Origin: a virus
Strand: one strand, 5' to 3'
IMG/VR virus record: IMGVR_UViG_3300010938_000009
Coordinates: 40,284-104,283 of that record
DNA: 64,000 nt
Below the pieces are notes generated by a model. The model saw nothing but the letters and a program-made list of their open reading frames with translations, ran no database searches and had not been told where the DNA came from. Position 1 is the first letter of the stretch, and every line of letters begins with the position of its first letter. Positions 30,070 through 42,497 of the stretch are shown in pieces. Both the position numbers and the translations under genes were made by a program.

Positions 30070-30983
30070 CTATATTCCCCAGAAACTATCATCATCATTA
30101 TCATAGATACTAATAAAGGCATTATCCTCAACGTCTAAGTCTGTTAAGGTATCGTTATCCAACTCTTTATCGTCAATCATAATACCTTCTAATTCATCTA
30201 ATGCCTTGCTTAAATGATAATACAAATGATCATACTTAGTAGTATTATCAGATTCACTTTTAGTCTTAATAATACTAGAAATTTCATATAGTTTACTTCT
30301 AATTTCTCTATTATTCATATTATTCTCCTTTTAAAGCTTTCAAATTCATAGTTAAACACCAAATATTAAAAGCGGCTAATATTACACTTGCTAAACTAAG
30401 ATTTGTATTTCCTAAACTAAACATAACCATGGCAGTAAAGCTACAAAAGCCTATTGCTATACAATTACATACTATTAAAAACTTTAACATAAAAATGTCC
30501 TTTCTATTTATCACATTTATTTTCACAGCCTGAACAATTAGAACAAGATTTACTAGCTAGTTCTAGCTCTATATCATCCAATGCCCGTCTTAATTGTTCA
30601 AAAGGCGACTCTTCTATAGTACCGTCATGATAATTATCAAGAGCCTTTTGAAATCCCATATTAGCCACATATTCTAATGTTTGTTCATTTTCATCTACTT
30701 CTTTAGTTTCCTTTTTTGTTTTTTTCTTAACCATATATTATCCTCTCTATTTTAGAACTCTGAAACCTTTTCTATAGGTTATACTATTATTATTTTTATT
30801 TAACCACTCATTTAAGTAATTAGTTATTTTATTAGTTAAGTCTATCATTTCAGGAGTTAATGCTTTGTTTTGTAAAGTTTTTAACATTTCTAAACTATCT
30901 ATAACCTTTTTATGATATAATGATTTATTTTTTATGTTTTGATGCAATTCTAGTAATTCAATTAATAATTCTGATCTATTCAT
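30070..30983 (-). CDS. four small hypothetical ORFs (30070-30318, 30320-30526 membrane, 30504-30734, 30747-30983)
   Basis: Tightly packed co-oriented ORFs with SDs. Confidence 0.5.
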
Positions 30984-30997
30984 ATAATTTCCTTTCC

Positions 30998-31501
30998 TTA
31001 TAATTCTGTTACACTATTAAGATATACAGTAACATAACTACCTGAAATTAGTTGCTGTATTTCTAACTCTACTACTAACTTATTAGAACTATTAAAACTA
31101 AATTTAAACTTATGCCTATAAGTACCTGTATTTACTAATTGTACTCCATTACTAGCTTGACCACTAATATTACCTACGAATACACTAGCATTACTCCCTG
31201 TTAATACAGCTAATGGAGTAATTACAACATTATCAAGTATATCTAAATCAACTAATGCGCCAATAGTTATAGTAGCTAAACTATTATTACTATTAGGATA
31301 AACTAATGAATTACTAATAGTAGCTATTTGATTATTGTAGTCGTTATATAATTCAACTATACCTCCATTAGGCATATAGTATCTACCTTCAAAGTCTTCA
31401 CTAGATAATACTTCAATAGTCCTTTCAGTATCTTTTCCTTTGGTTTCGACTATATTGTCTTTACAACCTATTAATATGAATAATACTAATAATTTAAACA
31501 T
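30998..31501 (-). CDS. putative lipoprotein
   Basis: MFKLLVLFILIGC lipobox-like signal, then a beta-rich domain. Confidence 0.55.
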   Translation of the reverse strand: MFKLLVLFILIGCKDNIVETKGKDTERTIEVLSSEDFEGRYYMPNGGIVELYNDYNNQIATISNSLVYPNSNNSLATITIGALVDLDILDNVVITPLAVLTGSNASVFVGNISGQASNGVQLVNTGTYRHKFKFSFNSSNKLVVELEIQQLISGSYVTVYLNSVTEL

Positions 31502-31728
31502 AATTACTTCCTTTCTTTATCATTAATTAAAAATATACCTAATGCTTGATAAAATAGTATTCCACTCATTACACTAATTAATACAACTATAACAAATATG
31601 CTAATAATTTTATCCCATTCCCATTCTAACATTGGCTACTCCTTTCTTTTATTTCATTTTTAATTGTGTTTTAGTTTCACAACTATATGTAATATTTTCA
31701 ATTTTTATTAATTTTTTTAAATAATTAT

Positions 31729-32373
31729 TCATTCTACTTCATTCCAAGTAGTATTATCATAATTCTTTGTTCCATGGTAAACTAATCCTACTTTATGATT
31801 ATCAGTCAAAGCTAGGTTATCGTCTTTACTAGCGTCAATATAACCTTGCTCTATTAGTTGCTCTAAACTCTCAAATACTCTGCTATGGCGCTCATTTTCT
31901 GCCTTAATTAAATTGTCTTGTTTACCGCCATAACTGTATATGTAGTTAAAATTTACGGGCATAAGTCCCCTATTTTCAAAGTCTTTAAAAACCTTAACCA
32001 TTTTAGTATAAGCATAAAATTGAGTACTAGGATTAAGTCTCATTATTTCTAACCATTTACTTAAATATACAGGACTATAGAAATCACCACTATCATGTAT
32101 TCTAACCCTTAAAACTTTACGTCTTTTAATCTCACTATCAATTACTTGTACAAATGAGTCACTTAGAGTCAATTGTAACCTTTCCTCAAATGCCCTAGCT
32201 ACATTACTAAATCTATATGTACCCATTGTAGCATAACAACCTTTCACGCATTTATCAGCCATAGGACAGGTAACTAGTCCAGTATTAGACTTATATGCTG
32301 GAATACCAAAGTTATAAGTTTTAATACCACTCATAGACTTAATCTTACTATTTTGAGTTAAGTAATTTTTCAT
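31729..32373 (-). CDS. GP88-like (radical-SAM-related) phage protein
   Basis: CPMADKCVKGCYA Cys triad, RIHDSGDFY, YAYTK. Confidence 0.75.
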   Translation of the reverse strand: MKNYLTQNSKIKSMSGIKTYNFGIPAYKSNTGLVTCPMADKCVKGCYATMGTYRFSNVARAFEERLQLTLSDSFVQVIDSEIKRRKVLRVRIHDSGDFYSPVYLSKWLEIMRLNPSTQFYAYTKMVKVFKDFENRGLMPVNFNYIYSYGGKQDNLIKAENERHSRVFESLEQLIEQGYIDASKDDNLALTDNHKVGLVYHGTKNYDNTTWNEVE

Positions 32374-32431
32374 TTTAAACTCCTTTACAATCTAATTATG
32401 ACTATAACCTAATTTATCACAATAGGTATTA

Positions 32432-35127
32432 TTACCTATCCTGCAATAAATCCCAATAATATTCTGCTTGACAGGCTTGATTTTCATACCATTTTTCATA
32501 TAATTCTTGCTGATAATTCTCATAGATATATTCTAAATCTTCATCACTTATATCTTTATTTGTATCTACATAATAGGCGCAACCGATTTGTATATCGTTC
32601 TCATATTTACCGTAAATACTTTCAATTTCTATTTCTTGTCCTAATTTATTTTTAACTAGCATAAAACCTACCTTTCATTATTTAACTTTACTTATTTTGC
32701 CGTCGCCTAATTCTATTACTTCTAATTCCTTAGTTTGATCACATTCTATAGTAATACTTCCTACTCCCTCAACTTTAACTATTCCAGTAACTTCATCATA
32801 ACCCAAGTATTTAAATACTGTATTTTTAGTTACAATAACTTTATCGCCTACTTTAAACTTAGTCATTGTGATAACCCTAATTTCTTTTTAGTTCTATTTA
32901 ATTGAGCTAATTCTAAATTAGGATAACATTCTATATTAACTACAATATAGCCTAATCTTTTAAGTTTGTTTACTATAATGTTTAGTTCACAGTTTAAATA
33001 TATGTTATATTCTTCTAGTCCTTTGTCATCTATTATAGTTACTAAGTTAAACATAATTAAGTCCTTTCATGTTATACTATAACCTATCTATAACCTTATT
33101 ATAGCTTAATTTTTGATTATTGCAATAGTTATTTTAACCTATATAACTCTATTAGTTCATTAGCTCTAATCCTAGTTTTATCTATATCTAGGTTATTAGC
33201 TAATAGTTCTAGTTCAATAGACTTGCTAATTTGAGGTAAATCAGTCATTTTAAATTGTTTGTAATTACCTACCTCTTTAAATAGGTCATTTACTAGTTTA
33301 TCTATTTTCTTTTTAGAAATTTTAACCATAAAATTACCTTTCTAGGTTATTTAAACCCATTAATAATTTCGATTACTTAGGCTAAGAGCTTGTAATTACT
33401 TGGGCGGCACAGTAATTTCAATAGCTTAACCCTCAATTTTCCCTGTTTTTAAACATTTACTTAACCAAGCTATGAAAATATTAGCGTCAACTTTACCACC
33501 TACATTATAAGTATTGACTCCACTAGCTCTAAACTCGGCTACACTAGGATAATTACTATCATATAGATTAGTACATTTCCAGTCATATACTGTAAAGGTG
33601 TTGCCTAAAGAGTCACTAAAAACCCATTCTCCACTAACTTTGTAGTCATCTCCATCAATTGGCTGGCCAAACAATTCAGCCATTTTATTGAAATCTAAAT
33701 CAATATGTCCTCTCAAGTTAGTTCCATTTACATCAGCGTTATTATTTAACTTAAACATAAAACAATCCTTTCCAAAAAGCTAATATTAAATTTGCCTTTC
33801 CTAATGTAACTGTCAATTATAATCTACGTCAATAATGACTTATGTCAAAACGCTACCTATTTTAACAAAATTAATAACTTAAACTTGGGCGGCATAAATT
33901 AAGTCTTTACCATATACTTACTTTACAAATACTGTAATAACCTTATTAGTATCATTTAATTGCATACAAACTCCTATTTAGTTTAATAGTACCTATTGTA
34001 TGTATTAAACCTATTCAAATAAGTACCTATTCTATACTATTCAAGTAACTGTTTATGATTACTAGAATTACTAGCAGTAATTGTAATAAGTGTAATGATT
34101 ACTTGTAGTTGTAGTGGTATTTGTAGTAATAACAAGTACTTAGCTCATCCACATTTTTCATGCCTACCCTCCATTACCACTAATAATACCTGTAATTACA
34201 ACAACTTACACCAATTACACTACAATTACTTGCGATATAACTTAGTATAACCCTTATAACTATTATTAGTTGTACTATAACGTGTACTAGTTATACTTAT
34301 AGATAGGCTATAGCTAGTTATACTATAACCTACCCTAGGAGTACAATTATTTGTTAGTCCTTTTACACCAACGCAAGTAAACTCCTAAAGTCTCTGTTTT
34401 AAATAATTGACCTGTAAATTGCTGACAAGCTACAATAAACCTAGCTGTATCAATTACTCCATTAATTTTTATGTAATTAGAATTTGATACTTTATCTTCT
34501 TTCACTAGTTTGTAGAAATCTAATACCTGATCTTTAATAGTTCTATTACTCACTTTACTCATATACGTTCTCCTTAGTTATTAGTGGCGCATTTTTACGC
34601 CACTAGGTTTAATTTAAGTTTAGTTTAAGTCTAAAGTTATACCTTCCATATACTCTAATTCATTACTATTTGAGTGATTAATTACATATACTACGTTCTT
34701 ACGCTTAATAACCCTATAGCCGAAAGGTTGTAAGGCTAAGTTAAAACACTTCCTAGTATGGGATGAAGACTCCCACCCATTAGCTAAGAGCGTGATTTTC
34801 TTAGTACTGTAGTCTACCGTTACTATATTAGTATAATACAGTCTATGTACAACCTTGTCTTTGTATGGCGTGATACTGTAACCTTTTGGCATAAATACCT
34901 CCTTATTTTTTAAGTTTAACCTTACTATCTAACTTGTCAACTAGTCCAGTAACTTGATTTAATTGTGATTCTATTAGTTTAGTTTGTTCTAATACTTGTA
35001 GAGTCTTTAAATCACTTATAAGTCTTATTAAATCACTTATAGCCTTATTAGTAATATTAGTTTTGCCTAGTCTTGCATCTACCACTAGTTGCGCTATTAT
35101 TTGAGCTATTTTAAATTCTATAGTCAT
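32432..35127 (-). CDS. cluster of small early hypothetical ORFs (32432-32662, 32678-32866, 32863-33054, 33129-33329, 33426-33758, 34347-34562, 34620-34892, 34903-35127)
   Basis: Short ORFs with strong AGGA/GGAG SDs nearest the divergent promoter region. Confidence 0.55.
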
Positions 35128-35273
35128 ATATACCTCTATTCCTTGGCTTATAATTACTTAGTTCTATATAATACTGTATAACCTAAATCTAATAACTTCT
35201 CTACTGACTTCATATTCACTTTACCTACTAGTATAATTACTTTACTTGTCATACTCACCTTCCTTCTAATATA

Positions 35274-35302
35274 ACTATAACCTACTAGTGTTATAGAGTC
35301 AA
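35274..35302 (-). promoter_or_regulatory. leftward early promoter
   Basis: Minus strand TTGACT-17 nt-TATAGT. Confidence 0.65.
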
Positions 35303-35911
35303 CTATAATCGTAATAGTCAATAGTTACACAGTACCTAGTATAAGTACTTGTAATTACAGTACTTCCTTAATATAACTTAATTCTAGCTCATTTATAATA
35401 TAACCTAGTCTATAACATAGGCTAGTTATATAATCAGTATGAATATAACTTGACTCAATGTTACTCATTCTAATTAAATCAATTATTGTATAACACTTAA
35501 TATAGTCTATCATATAATCCCCTTGTTAGTAGTAACTATCTTATAATGATCTTATAACCAGCATTATAGAAGCTATCATAAGCTTGACTAGTAATGCTAC
35601 TTACTATTACTACCTTAGTTACTTTGTTTATTTTAATTATGTTTGTCATACTTAGACTATAGCAAGTGATGTACCAAGTATAAGTATTTGTAATTACTGG
35701 AGTGGTAGTAGTAGTAATTGTATAACTTGTAGTCGTTATAGTATAACCTATTGATACTATTCAATGTTATATTATAGTCAGTGTATAGAAGTTCTATAGT
35801 AATAATAACATAGGTTATAAGTGACACTTGTAGTTATAGTATTACAAGAAGGGGTATACGGTGTAAAAAATGACACACCCCACACCCAGGGGTACTCAAG
35901 GTCTCTTTTTT

Positions 35912-35967
35912 AAATTTTAAAAAAATTAAAAACGGGGCTTGACGATAGTCAAGAAATAGATTACACT
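35912..35967 (+). promoter_or_regulatory. rightward early promoter 1 with UP element
   Basis: AAATTTTAAAAAAATTAAAAA, then TTGACG(35939)-17 nt-TACACT(35962). Confidence 0.7.
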
Positions 35968-35974
35968 CTTCAAC

Positions 35975-36088
35975 ATGACTCAATATAATCCTGGTGATAT
36001 CCTAGAACTAACACTACAACAACATACAGGACTACCTACTCTAGTACCAGAAGCTAATAAAGTACTAATAAAACAGCTATACTTCTAA
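35975..36088 (+). CDS. 37-aa leaderless ORF with LY tag (not in ORF track)
   Basis: MTQYNPGDILELTLQQHTGLPTLVPEANKVLIKQLYF*; ATG 8 nt after the -10 box. Confidence 0.55.
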   Translation: MTQYNPGDILELTLQQHTGLPTLVPEANKVLIKQLYF

Positions 36089-36330
36089 TAGCTTATTAGA
36101 GCCTCTACAATCAATTATAATACCCTTTCTACTACTAACTCTAGTCCTACTACTTACAATCGATCTAATAGCCTTCTAGGCTCTTTAAACTTACATTATA
36201 AGTACGGGGGATTAGCCGCCCCTTCTAAACTGCTAATAACTAGCATTTTCGGAAGTTAAATTGCTGTAAGTTATTGTAATTACGTAAGGGGTAGCCCTAA
36301 TAACTAGCGTTTTTAGCTAGTTACTGGTTA

Positions 36331-36386
36331 AAATTTTAAAAAAATTAAAAAAATAGCTTTACAAGTCCTATAAAGTAAGCTACAAT
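36331..36386 (+). promoter_or_regulatory. rightward early promoter 2 with the same UP element
   Basis: Same 21-nt AT tract, then TTTACA(36358)-17 nt-TACAAT(36381). Confidence 0.7.
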
Positions 36387-36509
36387 AAGCCCTATAGCTA
36401 ATATTAAAACAATTATAGGGAGTTTGAAGTAGGGCCTTGCTACCGGACTTAGCTAATGCCTTAAAAAACGGATTAATAGTACCTTATAATTAAATAACTA
36501 AGGAGATTT

Positions 36510-39500
36510 ATGAAAAATAAGAAAGAGCCTATATTTGATAATTTTAAAATAGAACTTGGGCCTGAAATTGATAGAAGTAGTTGGAATATTACATTAAATA
36601 GCGATTCAGATTTAGGTGTATTACCTTTTAAAGAAAGAATACAACAACAAATCAAACATCATAAAGATAGCCTAGAAAAAGCTGAAGAATGCTTAAAACA
36701 ACTAGAAGCTGCTAAATATAAGGAAGGGGACGTACTTTTACATAAAACTAAAGGTAAGGTATTTGTAATTGAGGTTTATATAGATGAATATATTAAACCT
36801 GGAATTTTATATAAAGTTAGCTGTCCAGGGTTTGACAGGTTTCTAACTTACCAAGAAGAAGAATTATTACCTTTAAATGAACTTACACAAGGGTTATATG
36901 ACTCTAATTAGAACTGTTAAGGACTTAAGGGGCCTCGGCACCGAAGTCCTTAAAAAGGAATTAGAGGCTTATATAGGAATTGAACTTTATAGTAAAACTG
37001 AAAGAAAAAGCTTTATTATTGACCAAATTATTTTTAATTTAGATTTAGCTCCAAATCAATCCTATTCTGATTACAGAGCTATTGGAACTATATTTGTTTC
37101 TCCTGTCTACTTAGATAGGTTTTATATAGAAAGAGTTACTACAGTTTCAGCTAATGTACTACATTTAGAGACTTTTGATACGTTTATAGAACAAAACCTT
37201 AAACCCATGCTAGATAACTTAGTACTTGACTTTAAAACTGAGTATGTTAAACTAGATACTGAAATGGCTAAAATACTATACAAAAAGGACTAATAATGGC
37301 TATTAATAAATACAAATACTTAGAAGAAGCTGTAGAACAACTTAAACCTATTATAGCTCCTTATGTAGGTAAAACAATGTTTTGTAGAAAATATAGAGTA
37401 TTATTACAAATAGTAGAACCTAAATTAACGATATATTATAATAACCCTTATATACTTTATGCAGTTGATAATATTGATAATCTTGAAAATATTTTTGCAA
37501 TAAGTAAGTTTTACAAAGATTTTGAAGGCTATTATAAGCCTAACATAGATTTTAAGTATATTCAACATACTGTTATAACTAATATATTAAATATAGACTT
37601 TAACGACCCATTAGCTAAAGCCTTATATTCAAGGATTTAATAATGAAAAATGAAGTATTCCAAATTATTCAGACTTGTATTCAACCTTATAGTAAACAAC
37701 TAGTTTATAGTTTATACCACCGTAAGTTTGTTTCTTGCACTTTTACTACTGGTTATAACATACGTCCGCCAGCTACCGAAGAATCAGATTACAGCTATTT
37801 ACTAACTATTACAGCTAGTTGTACTGATAATAACGCTATTTTAATACCTATACATCTAGATCTTATACTTAATAGTTTAACTCCTTTAGCAGAGGTACAA
37901 GCTAAGGTACAAACTGCCCTAGACCAACAATTTGCTATTATACCTGCAACAGAACTTAGTGAGACTCTATATGGCTTCGATAACGAATAATTACGTAATT
38001 TTATATAATAAAAGGACTAAGGAGTTTTTTGAGCAAGATTGTGATAGTCCTATTATTAAAGCTATTAAAAATATTGATAATTTAAGAGATTTTCTACACG
38101 GTTTAACTTTAGCTGAATTTAATAACTATAATATAGATAGCGTAACAGGGGATGCTTTTTATCAAATTTGGCACGATAAAGGAATTACAAGTATAAGTGT
38201 AGAAGACGTTAGAAATAATAACTGGGTAGTTTTACCTAACACAGAATTAACTAAGAGTTTATATGGCCTCTAACCTAAAATTTAAGGTCGGCGACATCAT
38301 TTGTAATAAAAAATATCCAGGACTACTACTAGAAATAATAAATATTAACTGTTACCTAGACGGTTGTTATTATACAGTAAGGTTATTAAAAGAACTTTTT
38401 GAAGTACCTTTTAGACAAGAACAAGCAGAAACAGAGTATGAATTAGTTGCTAATGAAGAAGCTATAACCCTAAAGTTATTATATGATAAGTAATTATAAA
38501 GTAGGTAGTTACTTATTAGATAATAAGAAGGAACTATTTGTTATAACTAGTATTAATATTATAAACGATACTATTAGTACTGTAGGTATTACTAGGATTA
38601 AAGTGCCTACTTATAATACTACAGTTGTTAGTATAGAGGGTAGTATTGTAAGTTTAACTAGTAGAAACTATTTTCAAGTAGTACCAGAACAGGATGTAGA
38701 GTTAACGGAATTATTGTATAAATGAGGTCTTAATGGACTTTTCATGTTTACCACCATTAAGCCCAGGATGGGATCACCTCTGTTTTGAGCAGAAGGTTTA
38801 CATTATACATATTTCAGCCCATAATAGGAGTTTATGAATAGAGTATCAAAATATATTAATACTACAAATAAAACGATTATAGAGCTAAATAACTATGTTT
38901 TACAAAGCTTTAGAGAAAAAGTTCAAGCTTTAAGTTTGAATTCTGACCCTTACCTTTTAAAAAACTACTTATCTCAACAAATTAAGGTTTTTAAACCTCA
39001 ATCTAATTGTAAGGAATATTATTCTATTGAACAATTATTGAATGATTTCAAAGAGTTAACTCCAGAAGAGGAAGCTATAGCAACTTTATTATATGAATAA
39101 ACCTCAATATTATACCTATGAAGGTACTTTATTTAAATTAATACATTTTAACAGTTTAAATTCTTGTTGCCTTATGTTAGGCTTAAATAAAAATAGCCTT
39201 AAAACCTACCCTATAGAGTATATAGAAACTTATTTTGAGCCTTTAACTAATTACGATGAAAGTATGATAGACTTACTTTATGGTAAAAAGGACGCTGCGG
39301 AAGCCGTGCATGATCTATGTCATCAAATTCTAACAAAACACTTAAAAATCTAGAAGGAAAGTGGTTCAAACCTATTTTTGGACAGTTAATATATAAGGGC
39401 GAAAATACTAAAATTTACATTTCTGACCCTTTTCTTATCAAACGCCTTATAAGAACTAATCCTTACCGAGGTGACGAGTTCTTAGTAAAAACGCTAAATC

Positions 39501-40901
39501 CCAATTACCCCGAAGTTATAATAGTATTAGATATGATGCTATTAGAACCTTATGAACCTACCGAATTAGAAAAACTACTCTATTCTTAATCTTATGCTAA
39601 CTTTCCTTAAAATATTTTATAATACAGGTCTAGGTATATTTTACGCTGTAAATAAACTTATTTCTATTAAAAATTACTTTAAATTTCAAATACTTAGGTT
39701 ATTTTATTATATATTAATAAAAACTAAGGGTAAAGCTTTTCCTGAATTTAAAACTGGAGAATATTGTTTTTATTTAGATAGAGATAAAAAAGAACTTATT
39801 CCTGTTGAAATATTAGATTTACGTTGGGAATATAATGAAAACTATGAAATCTACGTTAAAGGTAATTATAAAAATCTTATAGGTTACTATATAAAAGATT
39901 TAAAAATAACTAATAATAGTCAATTATGGGGTAAATTAGCCTACCCTTACGACTTATTAAAAATAAACGACGAAGAACTAATAGATATACTAAAAACTCT
40001 GTATAAAAGGGATTAATGTTTAAAAAAGGCGATTTCATTCACCCTATAGAAGAACAGGTAGAAGCTTTAATAACTACGGGCAAAAGTCAGTATATTCTAC
40101 TTTTCGGGCCTAAAAATATATTTATAGTTCACAGTTTTAATAAATGGCACTTGATATTTCAGTATTTAGATGATAAAACGACTTATATTGAAGGTTTATA
40201 TACTAAGTTCAAACTAGTAGAAGACCCAACTCAATTAGAACTACTACAGGCGTTATATGGACAAGATTACTAAAAGATACGGAGAATACCAAGGCACTAT
40301 TTACGAAATCGTAGGTTACGGTTATTGTAGATTTTGTACTCCTGGTAATGAAAGTCTTTACGAAGGAAATGTTCTGTGTTTTCAACTAAAACCTCTTATT
40401 AGAACTAACCCTAAATCTATTACTACAACTACTACTTATCATGTAAGTGGTGATGCTGTTAGTCATACTGCTACTTATTATCCTAATAGTTCTTTCTACG
40501 TAGAAGAGACTTCAGTTACTGAAATAGAAGACCCTTCTACTATAGAGGCTCTTAACGTATTATATAACCTATAATAACTCTAATAACAAGTATAACCTTT
40601 TATGCATATACAACTAATGTATGAAATGATGGAAGCTGTGTACGATACCTACAAAGATGTAGAAAATACTAGCTTACTAAAGTTTCCTATAAATACTACT
40701 AATACTATAAAAGATTTTAATATAGACGATCATGCTATATGTTGTTATAGTATAGGTAATTACGTTATAGTAGGTTATAATGTAAATAAGTTAGTAGTTC
40801 GTAATATAGAGAAAGGTTATCTTGTTTGCATTTCTCCACGTTTTTTAAAAGTGGTTGAGGACAAAACAGAGCTTTTTAAAGCTATTTACGGTAAAAAGTA
40901 A
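36510..40901 (+). CDS. array of 14 small ORFs, each with a C-terminal xLY motif (36510, 36898, 37296, 37643, 37971, 38263, 38483, 38834, 39093, 39317, 39594, 40016, 40257, 40602)
   Basis: Translationally coupled 76-140 aa ORFs; several have a (F/Y)KxGD SH3/KOW-like start; all carry E/D-L-x-x-x-L-Y near the C-terminus. Confidence 0.75.
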
Positions 40902-41547
40902 CTATTTTTAAAAATATTTGGGTTTACTTTGTATATACTTTTGAGGGTATAGTGAGAAGTCTTTTTTGATTATGCGTGGATATTAATTAATGTTAGTTTC
41001 TTTAAACAATTAATTATACCGTTAAATTAAAAAACAAGTGATTTTAGTTAGTTATATTAAACAAATCACTTAATAAACTAATTTAACTAAAGCTCTACAA
41101 AAGAGCTTTAGTAGTACAGTTACTAACTAGTTACTAATATTATAAAGTTACTAGTTAATAAAACAGTCATAATAATATGACTCAAAAAAATTACTTATAA
41201 GTACAATTACTTAATAGTAAATACTACAGTAATATAACATAAAGATTGAATTTAAGTTATAATTGTAATAATAAGTAAAAGCTTAGTTTTTGATTTTACA
41301 TAAGTAGAGAATACAGCCTCTCACCCTTATATAGAGGGCTTTGAATTTCCGAACTGATAAGATTAATTATTAAGTTCCTATTACCTGAATTTTTTAATAT
41401 GAACGGATATTAAAGGTTTTGACGGTAATACGGCCTCCGTTACTAGAGAATTCCCCGATTCTCTTTATAAGGTTAAGTTTTTCCTAATAAAAAACTATAT
41501 ATATATCGGGGGCTTTATTAGCCCCCTTATTATACCGAGGAGTAAAT

Positions 41548-41790
41548 ATGGTAAATAAGAAGGTAAAATATACCTGTAAAAATTGCAATTGGCAAACTTC
41601 TATAAGAGTTGAATGGGCTGATTTACGCCCAAAAAGATGTATGAACCGTAAATGCAATATTAGTTTTCTAAAAAACCCAGACTCCTTATTAATTGAGTTA
41701 CCAGAAGAAATAAAGATAGCTCCTGAAAAGAAGACTAAAAAGTCTAAAAAACAAGAAGAGCTACAAAAAGAAGGTGAACCTAATGAGTAG
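41548..41790 (+). CDS. Zn-ribbon protein
   Basis: CKNC...CMNRKC; GAGGAG SD. Confidence 0.6.
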   Translation: MVNKKVKYTCKNCNWQTSIRVEWADLRPKRCMNRKCNISFLKNPDSLLIELPEEIKIAPEKKTKKSKKQEELQKEGEPNE

Positions 41791-41897
41791 TGGAGTTATT
41801 AATAAAGAAGAAGCTGCTAAGTTAGTGAATAATAAAATAACTAATAAATTAGTTGAAACAATTAAAACTATAGTAAATTTAGGGAATAGAAAGAAGA

Positions 41898-42494
41898 ATG
41901 CAAGACGACGAAAAAAAGCCAGAAGATAAGACTGATAGACAAATTTCTATGAAAGAGAAGGCTAAAAGAGGCGGCCAAGTTTCTGTTATTAAAATGGAAG
42001 CTAAAAGAGCTTTAAAAGAATACAGCAACCCTGATTCTAAATGGGACCTTATACAAGAGTTATACCAAGAAATACAAGCTCTTTATATTAGTGTAAATCC
42101 AGACCAACCTATGCCGACTGTCCCAAAATTGAGACAACATTTAATAGATGAAATAAAATTAAGATATGAAGATGAACCAGAATTAAGAGATTTATTACTA
42201 CAATGCCTTCCTAGCACTGACCGATATATTAGAGCTTGGTATAAAAAAGAAGGTTGGATGGATGCAGTTTGGGATAAAGTTAGAGTTAAAGGTTTATTTA
42301 CAGAAAGTAAAAGATCTCAAGTTATAGAAGCTTTAAGAAAAAGAGCTATAGAAAAAGATACTGCAGCAGCTAAAATATGGTTACAACTTTCTGGAGATTT
42401 AGTAGAAAATAACCCTATAGCAGCTTCAGATAAAGCTCAAGATTTTTATAGAGAAATTAATAAAATTTTACATAGTAAAAAAGGTAACGAATAA
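41898..42494 (+). CDS. putative terminase small subunit
   Basis: Directly upstream of TerL; helical, ALRKRAIEKDTAAAKIWLQ motif. Confidence 0.55.
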   Translation: MQDDEKKPEDKTDRQISMKEKAKRGGQVSVIKMEAKRALKEYSNPDSKWDLIQELYQEIQALYISVNPDQPMPTVPKLRQHLIDEIKLRYEDEPELRDLLLQCLPSTDRYIRAWYKKEGWMDAVWDKVRVKGLFTESKRSQVIEALRKRAIEKDTAAAKIWLQLSGDLVENNPIAASDKAQDFYREINKILHSKKGNE

Positions 42495-42497
42495 TTA

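Larger units (their letters stand above)
33383..36283. repeat. dispersed 17-bp motif TAAGTnnTTGTAATTAC (6 copies)
   Basis: Plus strand 33383, 35342, 35681, 36267; minus strand 34126-34142, 34192-34208. Confidence 0.7.

Noticed and set aside
36510-40901. LY tag as a proteasome HbYX motif or as an integron-like DNA repeat
   Set aside because: Only a minority end exactly in LYX, and no conserved nucleotide repeat or attC-like palindrome lies between the ORFs.
40902-41547. Structured ncRNA in the gap before the late genes
   Set aside because: There are only scattered short AT-rich hairpins (e.g. ~41088, ~41165, 41508) and no recognisable family; it is more likely a promoter/terminator region.
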